Positions 27,423 to 36,123 of a DNA stretch of 64,000 nt are shown here, piece after piece. Origin of the DNA: Blastocatellia bacterium AA13 (lineage in GTDB: Bacteria > Acidobacteriota > Blastocatellia > UBA7656); assembly GCA_003222245.1 (NCBI GenBank), contig QHVH01000021.1, forward strand, positions 8,262-72,261, read 5' to 3'. The position numbers and the translations under genes are program-made. Position 1 is the first letter of the stretch, and each line of letters opens with the position of its first letter. The notes under the pieces are model-generated. The model made no database searches. It was not told the DNA's origin and saw only the letters and a list, made by a program, of their open reading frames with translations.

Positions 27423-28733
27423 TCAGGGTGCGACACCTCTTGCAATGGCGCGGTCTAGCTTTTCGAAGAACGCTTTCCTGTTGTCCAGGTCTAGAAGAAC
27501 TCTGATAAGTTCACGCGCGCGTTGACCAAGGCGAAGATTCAGTTCTGCTATTGAAAGCTCATCCTGCCCAACCTTTATTGTTCGCTTCGTCTCGTTCCCG
27601 TGAGCTAGTTCGTTTCGATAGCCGTAACCAGCATATAGATCGTTGAACACTGCTTCACGAGAGTCCGGGTCGGCCCCGAGAATGTATGCGCCCCGCAAGG
27701 AGAAACGGTATCGTATTTCTTGCTTAAACCCGCCGAGGAGAAGCGGCTCCATCGCGAGCACTAAATCCATCAAGCGATCATCTTCATCACTTCGTTCGTA
27801 AGCTGAGCTGAATCTTCGAAGCGATAGGTCAAGAGAGTCAGATCGCCGGGTTCGTGATCTCTTGAAGCCGGTCCAACACTCTCTAATCGCATCGGCTTCT
27901 GCGATTGATATAGTATATACATCACCCCAATTCCAAACCGGCGGCTGTTCGCTGTGGGTGCTGTGTCGGCCTCCTTCAAGTGACCATCCGACGACCCTTG
28001 TCAGCACGTCGCTGTAGCCGACGCGTCCCGCCTTGAATAGACGCATTGCCGTACAGAATGCGGTGATAGTCTCGCGGGCGGCACGTCCAGCCGGGACGGT
28101 TTTGGTGCCGCTACTACTTAGGCCGTGCGCTTTCCGCTTTGGGTGAATGACCTCGATAGCGAACCTCACGTCAGTAAGCCGCGATGCCTCGAAGAACCCA
28201 CGTACAGTTAAGAATTCCTCTCTATCATTCTTTTCGAGTCTGCTGATTGCCAAGCCCGGCTCGATCTCAATTCGTTCGTTCGGCGACTCAAATCCGACGG
28301 GCAGCGCAAGATGCCGGACAGTATAGGTCTCAGAAGTGAGATATGACTCGATCTCCCCGTAGAGCTTGTCGAACACATCTACGCGGAAGTCGACTCCTTG
28401 CTGGCGGTCAAGCAGGCTAAAAAACACGGAACGTCGCAACCGCTCACTACCGCCTTCCATTTGCGTTGCCAGCGAAGGATCGCCTTCAATTTCCGCTTGC
28501 ACATCTTGCGCGGCAGCGCTCTCTTCCAGTTGCTCCTCAATTGGCTCCACCCAAATCTGCCATGGGACGTGATGCTTCCAGCCTTGTCCAATCTGGCCCT
28601 CGTCTGTGAGGGTAACAAGATGAGAGACGGCGAGGGGCCTTATCGTTTCCTTGATAGGTTGCAGAAGAGCACAAGCCAATTCACAATAAGCGCGGAGAGA
28701 GTTGTACAGGTTCTTGTTGTGCATCTCTTTCAA
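27423..28733 (-). CDS. Protein with a C-terminal HEPN (Rx4H) motif, Apea-like architecture
   Basis: 'YAGYGYRNELAHGNE' lies near the C-terminus of a 436-aa protein. The N-terminal region is unknown. Confidence 0.55.
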   Translation of the reverse strand: MKEMHNKNLYNSLRAYCELACALLQPIKETIRPLAVSHLVTLTDEGQIGQGWKHHVPWQIWVEPIEEQLEESAAAQDVQAEIEGDPSLATQMEGGSERLRRSVFFSLLDRQQGVDFRVDVFDKLYGEIESYLTSETYTVRHLALPVGFESPNERIEIEPGLAISRLEKNDREEFLTVRGFFEASRLTDVRFAIEVIHPKRKAHGLSSSGTKTVPAGRAARETITAFCTAMRLFKAGRVGYSDVLTRVVGWSLEGGRHSTHSEQPPVWNWGDVYTISIAEADAIRECWTGFKRSRTRRSDSLDLSLRRFSSAYERSDEDDRLMDLVLAMEPLLLGGFKQEIRYRFSLRGAYILGADPDSREAVFNDLYAGYGYRNELAHGNETKRTIKVGQDELSIAELNLRLGQRARELIRVLLDLDNRKAFFEKLDRAIARGVAP

Positions 28734-28910
28734 GTCATGGTCTCATAAATACGACCAGAGCCAAATTGGAAATCATCGGCCGAATGGGCTGACACCATAT
28801 ACTGATAGCGCAACGGCGCCAATCGACAAATGCTTTGGAGCGCCATGAATTTCCCTTGAGATGATCGTAACCAGCGACCGATTCATAGACGCGTTAGGGT
28901 TGGCCCGAAT

Positions 28911-29486
28911 GTGCCCGATGACACCATCAATGCTTTCATGAAAGAGTACATTCCAATTCTGACCGCACTCATTGGGGCTCTTGCTGGCTGGTTGATCTCG
29001 CGATATCAGTTAAGGCGTCAAGAATCGCGGGAGAAGAAGAAACTGATTCTGCAAAAATTGGAAGAGCTTTATGAAGCATTGTCAGGGTTTGTCGAAGGTC
29101 TTGCAACGATTATTCATCGGACCGCCAGAGCGAATCTTGAAGCGCTCGCTAGCAAGTTCATCCCGAAGCATTTGCTGCCGTCGAAGCCTGCCATAGAAGG
29201 CAAAATCGTGTCGGAGGATCGAATAAGAGTCCTTGTGGGCTTCTACGCACCAGAATTGTCTGACGATTGGAATAAGATCGAGGCTGCAAGCGGAGACTTC
29301 TGCGAGATGATGTTCCGATCGACGGCTCAGGGCCTACTCGCAACGGGCGAGGATGATCGGGACGGCGAACAGTCAGTCGAAGGTGGTCTGCCGGTGTTTG
29401 CGCAACTTGACCAGCTTGAAAACGTTTATCGAATGTGCGAAGAAATGAAGAAGAGAGTAGTCGAGATATCTGAAAAGTATAGGTAA
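28911..29486 (+). CDS. Hypothetical single-pass membrane, helical protein
   Basis: TM 'IPILTALIGALAGWLI' followed by charged helical sequence. It lies 67 bp upstream of cyclase-like copy C4. Confidence 0.5.
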   Translation: MPDDTINAFMKEYIPILTALIGALAGWLISRYQLRRQESREKKKLILQKLEELYEALSGFVEGLATIIHRTARANLEALASKFIPKHLLPSKPAIEGKIVSEDRIRVLVGFYAPELSDDWNKIEAASGDFCEMMFRSTAQGLLATGEDDRDGEQSVEGGLPVFAQLDQLENVYRMCEEMKKRVVEISEKYR

Positions 29487-29553
29487 ACACACCGACAGCT
29501 CAGAAACACAAGGGCTTCGATCTAGAACGACACTTAATTGAAAGTCACTCATT

Positions 29554-30127
29554 ATGAACCCAGATGACGGCGAGCTTGTCGTGGCTCTCTTCGATGCTCT
29601 CGGTTTCGAGGATCGAATCGGCCGTTTTTCTCTCGAAGAAATCCACGGCCAGTACAGGGACCTGCTCTCCATAGCTACGAGCAAGGGAAGTCACGCCTTC
29701 TTCGATGCCCGGCCTGCAGGCGGGGGAACAATGGTGCCTTTCTTTGGTTACGTCGACATCGAACAAGACTACTCCTCTCGTCGAGGCGGCACGAGCCGAG
29801 AAGGCCCAGCAATGGGTTGGCCTTGCATTCGGGCGTTCATTTGATAACAGACGTGACGTACCCTTCAGCGCGGACCTCGTGCGACCATATACTAAACATC
29901 GGAAGTCAGGTTATGAGAGCCTACTACCGGGAATTGTCCTGGACTGGCCGCGGACGTGGCGAAAGGAATACAAGACCAGCGCGGTGCCGACGCTTGAGCG
30001 GCTGTCCAATAGCGGTAAGGTCCACGAGTATTACAAGTGCGCGATTGAGTTCGTCAGGGAGTCTGACCGCAATTCAGATTGGTGGAAGACCTACACGGAC
30101 GGACGAGGCAATGCTAAGGATGGCTGA
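29554..30127 (+). pseudogene. Cyclase-like paralog C4 with an internal out-of-frame deletion of the catalytic core
   Basis: The first frame has 'ALFDALGFE' and then diverges. From about 29770 the +1 frame continues with 'PLVEAARAEKAQQWVGLAFG..LDWPRTWRKE'. The 'AYFSD' and 'RGAI' blocks are missing. Confidence 0.55.
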
Positions 30128-30139
30128 TCCTGCCAGGCT

Positions 30140-30775
30140 TTGCCCGAACGGTATCCGACAATCCGCACTGTTTTGACGCTTCGCGATCGGAAGAGAGAAA
30201 GTGAGGCACAGCCTTTTACTATTACCATAAACGTCATGGCTGAAGGCGATCAGAATCAGGCGACCAGGCGATTCAAGAGTCTGACCACATCGAATTGGTT
30301 AGAACCTGATCCTGTGTCTTCAATATTCGTAAAGCTCTCGCAAACTGACGGAAGCATCGGCCCGGTGTCCGGTGAGGATTGGCTGAAGCAATTCCTGTTT
30401 CCTGTATTGAATGAAAGCGTTCCTGAGGAGATTCGTGTGCTCTTCGAAGTGGCGCGCGGGGCACTCGCCTATGGATATTTTTTCTATCCGCTTTATACTC
30501 TGGCTGGCGAACAGTTGTACCGCGTGGCGGAGGCCGCTATATCCGCAAAGTGCGCGATGCTTCCAGCTCCGAAGAAACTATGGACATTCAAACATAAGAT
30601 CGACTTTCTCGTTGAGCGGAACGTCATTCCAAGCGACGAGCTCTCCACTTGGAACGCAATCCGCAAACTCCGCAACATGGCTTCGCATCCCGAACGGCAG
30701 AGTATTCGTCCTCCCGGCGAGATTGCAATGACGATGGAGCGTATTGCTGAGAAAGTGAATAGCTTGTTCGGGTAA
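30140..30775 (+). CDS. DUF4145/HEPN-like protein
   Basis: C-terminal 'FLVERNVIPSDELSTWNAIRKLRNMASHPE' (RNxxxH). The start is uncertain: TTG at 30140 or ATG at 30236. Confidence 0.55.
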   Translation: MPERYPTIRTVLTLRDRKRESEAQPFTITINVMAEGDQNQATRRFKSLTTSNWLEPDPVSSIFVKLSQTDGSIGPVSGEDWLKQFLFPVLNESVPEEIRVLFEVARGALAYGYFFYPLYTLAGEQLYRVAEAAISAKCAMLPAPKKLWTFKHKIDFLVERNVIPSDELSTWNAIRKLRNMASHPERQSIRPPGEIAMTMERIAEKVNSLFG

Positions 30776-30837
30776 GCTGATGAGGGCAACGAGCATCGAA
30801 AAGGGAATGAGGTGCAAGGGGTCAGTTTGCCGGCGAA

Positions 30838-31092
30838 GTGGGAGTCATCGTGAACTTTGTGTTGGGTGACATGCGGAGACTTCACGAGATTGCGCCCTGC
30901 GACTATGGACTGCTCGTCGACTCTTTCGGATTCTTCGAGTCCGACGAGGAGAACGAAAAAGTCATTCGCCAGCTTCGGCGCGCCGTCGTCTCGGCAGGCC
31001 GCCTGGTCATTGCGGTTGTGAATGGCACGAAGATATCGAGCACCTTCAACCCGCGCGAGAGCGAGCAACGTGAGGGGGCGGGTTGCCAATAG
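30838..31092 (+). pseudogene. 5'-truncated remnant of a class I SAM-dependent methyltransferase
   Basis: 'DYGLLVDSFGFFESDEENEKVIRQLRRAVVSAGRLVIAV' resembles post-motif-I methyltransferase blocks. No GxGxG motif lies upstream. Confidence 0.4.
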
Positions 31093-31220
31093 TGCCACGC
31101 CGCTTAACAACCCGTTCCCCAGAGACGACGAGGCGTACTTCTTCTGGCTGCGCGCGCGCCCAAGCGTGGCCCCGTCGAACCTCAACGGCTGGATAGTATG
31201 TTGTAGCGCAAGGAGTGTAA

Positions 31221-32543
31221 ATGAAGATGGACAGCAATGATTCAACCGTATCGAAAGCGATATCGGTGATCCACACAAGAGCCGAAGTAATGCCCCCCGA
31301 TTTTACCGCTGAGTTTTCTCTTCCTAACCCGAAGCAGGAAGCCTTCAGCTCTCCCCGCCAGATTTTCATATTCCTCGACGGCACATGGAACGAAGAACGC
31401 GCTCCATGGGGAAAGGTGATACCTACGAATGTGCTTCGAATGTTCCAAGAATTAAATCACAAGACCGTCCATGAACTGAGATCGTTACCTGAAGGAAAAA
31501 ATTCCACTGAAATAATCGGACACTACTATCGAGGAGTCGGAAGCCGTCAGGACAATAACGTAGTAGACCGAAAGTGGTTCGGATTTAATGGAAAAGATGA
31601 AGAGAGAATTCGCGGAGCTGCCTTTGCGGATCTGTACCGCGACTACACGAATAATAATGATCGCATTTACATTCTTGGCTTCAGTCGTGGTGCTGCCAGT
31701 GCTCGCTTGCTGGCACGGGATATCTGTATCTCAGGGCTCCCGCCACGATTGAGGGTCCATACGACTCACTTTCCGAATCTATTGACAGGCCAGATTGAGG
31801 CACGAGTGGATCGTGTCGAAAGGCTGCATGATGATCCGACGGGCGAGAAAAATCACCGCCCAAAAGTTGCGTTCCTGGGCTGTTGGGACACTGTTGATGC
31901 TTTTGTCTTGCCGTCTCGGTTTCCGACTCAGGGATTGATGGACAAAGGCGTCCGCATGCTCAAATCATCGATTCCTGCCCTATTGGGGAAGGAGAGGTTT
32001 AAGGGAGAAGAGAATGGAATTCCCGAAGGAGTCTTGAAGGCCGTACACTGCGTCGCTATTGATGAAACACGACACGCCTTTCTTCCCAGCCTAATGCCTC
32101 ATGCGGATAACGTTGAAGAGGTCTGGTTCCCGGGTGTCCACTCAGATATCGGCGGTGGATACAATGATAGCGGGCTGGCGCAGGCGCCGTATGAATTTAT
32201 GAAGAAGCAACTGATAGCTGCGGCTGACTTGGGGAACCAAAATCTATTCAAGATCAGCGAGCGCCCGAGTTTTTCCTCGGAATTCTGCTTTCATTTTCAC
32301 GGATTGAATACCGGGTTAAAGCGCGCTATGAATGTCTTTGGCTTTGGAACAAGCATACGCAGCATACGCGTGTTAGACGCCAAAGATGGCGTAAAGCCCA
32401 AAATTCATGATTCGCTTAATAAAGTCATGACTAGCGATTCTGTCTACGCCGCTGATACTCGAGACAAGCGTACATGGACAATTACTTATGACCCATACAA
32501 TGTCAGGGAGTTACGACAGGAGTTCGACGTTGTCTCGGATTAA
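31221..32543 (+). CDS. DUF2235 alpha/beta hydrolase (Tle1-like phospholipase fold)
   Basis: 'IFLDGTWNE', 'YILGFSRGAASARLLA' (GxSxG), 'FLGCWDTVDAF' and 'FPGVHSDIGGGY'. Confidence 0.8.
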   Translation: MKMDSNDSTVSKAISVIHTRAEVMPPDFTAEFSLPNPKQEAFSSPRQIFIFLDGTWNEERAPWGKVIPTNVLRMFQELNHKTVHELRSLPEGKNSTEIIGHYYRGVGSRQDNNVVDRKWFGFNGKDEERIRGAAFADLYRDYTNNNDRIYILGFSRGAASARLLARDICISGLPPRLRVHTTHFPNLLTGQIEARVDRVERLHDDPTGEKNHRPKVAFLGCWDTVDAFVLPSRFPTQGLMDKGVRMLKSSIPALLGKERFKGEENGIPEGVLKAVHCVAIDETRHAFLPSLMPHADNVEEVWFPGVHSDIGGGYNDSGLAQAPYEFMKKQLIAAADLGNQNLFKISERPSFSSEFCFHFHGLNTGLKRAMNVFGFGTSIRSIRVLDAKDGVKPKIHDSLNKVMTSDSVYAADTRDKRTWTITYDPYNVRELRQEFDVVSD

Positions 32544-33062
32544 GCCAACCTTGCGTCGCACTCAACATCGTCGTGCTGTACGTTGTTTCGGTGGTGGCGT
32601 TGACACTCTCAGAGTATCGTCGCTGATTGCTGGGCATGCCGTTAAACAATCACCAGAACCGGGGGCGGTTGACTTCGTTCTCATAACCGCGCTTGAGGGA
32701 GAGCGTGCTACCGCCAACAACAAACCAGCGAGAGCCAGCAGTCTTATTTTCGCGGGACCTCCTTCTCGTCATCAGAATATTTTATAGGCTGCACCCCACC
32801 TCGCAGCGCTACCGCGAATTTCGACCGATCCGACGTAAGTGATTCAGTTATTGCACGGAGTGTAACCTGTTCGCGAGTAGGCTACCAAGGTCAGATTGAA
32901 TAGATCACTCAACGATGCAATGCTTCGGAAAAAGTAGTCGCCATGTTACAACCCTGACAGACTGTTGGTCACGTTTAGCAAACGTTTAACGCGTCCATCA
33001 ATTGAAGACAAATTACCGATGCGGGCGCAAGCTTGCTCACGATGCCGTCAAATTCAGTTGAA

Positions 33063-34409
33063 TCAGTTGTTGTGGCATATCCATAGCGCATGGAATGTTG
33101 CGTTTGGGTTTTCAGACACATACTGACTCAACGGTTTGTTTTGTCTGGCATGTGAGTGCTGAGAGCATAATATCCCGCTCCAATCCCAGCAATTGGTGGT
33201 GTAAACGCGGTAGGTGATGATCATGACATGATCTATCACGCCGTCATTTTCCCAGTCGGCGAAAATCACGTCGCCAATATCAAGGTCGCAAGGGTAACGA
33301 GTAATGAATCCTCGGCCGCTGTTTTCAACAAAATATCTCAGGGCCCTTGCTTGCGTCCAGCTTCGGGTTTGTCCGGTCTTCTTACCTCCAAACTCGTCGT
33401 ACCACCACAGTCCCCAATTTTTATAGCTATTTCCAAAGCCCTTATTGGTCCAGCCACCCCAGTTGAGCGACTGAGATACGAAATTCGTGCAGTCAGGATC
33501 AAAAATCCTGAAATAGGGGTTCGCGTTGTATGCCTGATTAAAGGCATAGGTCGCGGCAGCATTCCTATCATAATCACAGGTCTGCGGAACGATCGTGCTA
33601 CTGATCTCGGTTAGCGTCGGCCCCGGAGGTATTTGGCTGTAAGTCAGCTCCTCTGGAAAGCAACAGAAACTCGAGTCATCAGCATTTGGATCACACGGAT
33701 AGTATCCATCCGAGTCGCATCCCGTTGAGTCATAGATGGGGTCGTAGCCGGTTTGAACCATTGATGAAGAATTTCGAAGACCTCCGGAGGTTCCTCTGGT
33801 TGACCATTTGGTTCTTGAGACTCCGTGACTCTTCTCAAATACGAACACGTGTTCGACCTGCTCTCCGGCCGGTGGGCCTCCACGATCGATAGAGTAATAT
33901 TGCGTCGTTTCTTCCAGCGCATCCAGAAGCACCTTCTCTCCGTCTCTACGAAGACCAAGCGGAGTAAGCTTTACTTCTACTCTGCTGATTGTCCTTCCTC
34001 GTCTGAAGTTATCTTGAAACACTCTCTGACCGACCGCGATCCGCTCTTCAGCCGATCGCTCTTTTCGAGTCTCGCCATCGAATCGCGTCACTAAAACCTG
34101 GGGTGGGGGTGAGCCGTGGACCTTGATGTTGTGCTCGGCCTCCAACATAGCTTTAGCCTGTCGTGTTAGGGTCTCGATGAGAGCTTGGTCGGCGCTGCCT
34201 TGAATTGAACTGAAGCCAGTCAAACCCGTTTGCCTCATTAAGACTGGGCGCGCCGAATGGTCGGCCGACCCATGCCGCATTAACGGTGTAATCACTACGA
34301 GAGTTATAGAAGCCGAGACTAGGGCCAAACGCCGCCAAATTTGTGGTTGTGTTGCCATTCTAGACCTCCATCCTCTGCAAGGGAGATTCGCACCCCTGTT
34401 GTTGACCAA
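33063..34409 (-). CDS. Secreted protein with a C-terminal putative amidase (NlpC/P60-like Cys peptidase) domain
   Basis: 'DPDCTNFVSQSLNWGGW' and 'GDVIFADWENDGVIDHVMII', with an N-terminal hydrophobic signal. Confidence 0.6.
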   Translation of the reverse strand: MVNNRGANLPCRGWRSRMATQPQIWRRLALVSASITLVVITPLMRHGSADHSARPVLMRQTGLTGFSSIQGSADQALIETLTRQAKAMLEAEHNIKVHGSPPPQVLVTRFDGETRKERSAEERIAVGQRVFQDNFRRGRTISRVEVKLTPLGLRRDGEKVLLDALEETTQYYSIDRGGPPAGEQVEHVFVFEKSHGVSRTKWSTRGTSGGLRNSSSMVQTGYDPIYDSTGCDSDGYYPCDPNADDSSFCCFPEELTYSQIPPGPTLTEISSTIVPQTCDYDRNAAATYAFNQAYNANPYFRIFDPDCTNFVSQSLNWGGWTNKGFGNSYKNWGLWWYDEFGGKKTGQTRSWTQARALRYFVENSGRGFITRYPCDLDIGDVIFADWENDGVIDHVMIITYRVYTTNCWDWSGILCSQHSHARQNKPLSQYVSENPNATFHALWICHNN

Positions 34410-34569
34410 GATTCAATTCAGACGGGCTCACTGGAGTGCTGACTAGACAAAGCACACCTAATATAGGAAAGCCCCCCAAGGGAACGCAGTGTTCACTGAT
34501 AACCGATGCACGACCAAGCATAGCGGCCGGTCTACTAGTGAGAAATGTCCGGCCTGTTTCGTAAGCTTC

Positions 34570-35301
34570 TTAGTTTATTCGTTTACTGCCGTGCCGATGA
34601 TCTTTGGGCGCTTTACCACCTAGTGTCTCAGCGGCGGAACCGGCGTTCTTACCAGGGCCACCTTCGAGAGGACTGGCACTTATCTTCGACTCGTATTTCT
34701 TTTCGTCCTCATCGCAGCAACCGGTGGACTCATCGGATGGCTCGAACGCTTGAGGTTCCGTCACGTCTTCAATCATGCTAAAGCACTTTCCTGCGTATTG
34801 AACTGCGTAGGCGTCGCCGTCACACTTTTCAGGCGATGAGACCGAAAAGATAAAATCGTGCTTGGGCCATTCCTGCGTCAAGATAGGATTCCCGGAGGTG
34901 ACATCGGCGCTCAGATAATAGGAGGATTTTTCGACAGCGTGAAGTATGATCGTCTCATCATCCTGCTCCGTGCCGGTTGGAACGAGGTTCAACTCATGTA
35001 GCTTATATGTTTTACCGGACGCTAGAACATCGCCCCTCACCCGAAGCGCCGCTTCAATACGTTGCTCACCCGATCGATAGACATGGGTCTCGCCATCGTG
35101 CAGTGGAATAAACGGCAACTGCGGTATGCTACCGGACTCTAACAGATCGTATTGGGCTCTCAAGCTCTTGAGAGCAACCTGCGCCAAGGCTCGTTGAAGT
35201 TCGTCGGAAGGCGGTTGGTTTTGCTTGCCAGCACGAAACCCAAGGAAGAAGAGAACAGGCACCGAAGCCACGAGAACAATAACGATTATCCGCCTGAACA
35301 T
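34570..35301 (-). CDS. Hypothetical membrane-anchored protein
   Basis: N-terminal TM 'IIVIVLVASVPVLFFLGF'. No motif recognised. Confidence 0.5.
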   Translation of the reverse strand: MFRRIIVIVLVASVPVLFFLGFRAGKQNQPPSDELQRALAQVALKSLRAQYDLLESGSIPQLPFIPLHDGETHVYRSGEQRIEAALRVRGDVLASGKTYKLHELNLVPTGTEQDDETIILHAVEKSSYYLSADVTSGNPILTQEWPKHDFIFSVSSPEKCDGDAYAVQYAGKCFSMIEDVTEPQAFEPSDESTGCCDEDEKKYESKISASPLEGGPGKNAGSAAETLGGKAPKDHRHGSKRIN

Positions 35302-35790
35302 TCGGCCTCCCTCGAAGGGAACATTATGTGAAGGACCATAGCAGGACGCTGGAGATTCGACAAGCTTGGCGACTCGCCAAGGCCGCAGTGCTCATTGAAT
35401 GCGACCCTGACACGGGGTTGGAATCTTTCCTCTAGAAATAGGTTCTCGGAGCTGTAATCCACCGGCCATAGAACGGCAGCCACATTCTTCACAACGAGTG
35501 AACAAGATTTAATACATAATCACCTCCGCAAACACACACCATGAGAGGAGGTAAGACTCACTCCTTTTGTTACATTCGTGACAGAGATTTTCTTCACCGA
35601 TCAGACGTAAACCGCTTGTTACGCCCGTGGTCACGGTGATAGCCTTTCGAGCCAGGACTGAGCGGACAGGAAACGACAAATAGACTCAGCCCGCGTGAAT
35701 CTTTGGCTGCACAGAGAGACCAGGCGCGACGACACCCCCGAGCGTCACGCAATCAGCTTTTCGTTCAACCCTCGTGGCGGAGATCGAAGC

Positions 35791-36123
35791 TCAACTCAAC
35801 GCGAGGATCGAAATCACAGACAGAAGGGCTCGCGCCAAAACGCTCAGTGCGCCCGGCGCAGTACGCGATGTCGTAGCCTGATTCGCGGAGCGGTTTTCGG
35901 TTTTGATCGCCGATGGATTGTCGGTACAGACTGTGCCATTGCAATCACGCGAGACGCCATCGGGTCCGATCTGGCAAGGGCAGTCAGCTAGTCCGTTCGG
36001 CCGTGTTTCCCCAGCGTAGGCGACCGAACCCATCGGAGCCGTCGCTTGAGATTTGTGGTGAGTTGATGAGGTCAGTGCTGGCAGCATCATCAGCATGATT
36101 AACGAAGCAACCAAAATCTTCAT
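35791..36123 (-). CDS. Small secreted Cys-containing protein
   Basis: ATG at 36123 is preceded by 'aaggagg'. Signal peptide 'MKILVASLIMLMMLPALTSS', four Cys residues and a hydrophobic C-terminus. Confidence 0.5.
   Translation of the reverse strand: MKILVASLIMLMMLPALTSSTHHKSQATAPMGSVAYAGETRPNGLADCPCQIGPDGVSRDCNGTVCTDNPSAIKTENRSANQATTSRTAPGALSVLARALLSVISILALS

Noticed and set aside
20985-30127. Labelling the cyclase-like cluster as CBASS, Pycsar, type III CRISPR or mCpol/Panoptes
   Set aside because: I could recognise no CD-NTase, Cas10/GGDD palm, CARF, SAVED or cNMP-binding effector adjacent to the copies. Only the generic class III cyclase motif pattern is visible.
30493-31278. 261-aa minus-strand ORF
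   Set aside because: It is antisense to the DUF4145-like gene and the methyltransferase remnant. The product is Ser/Leu/Arg-rich with no motifs.
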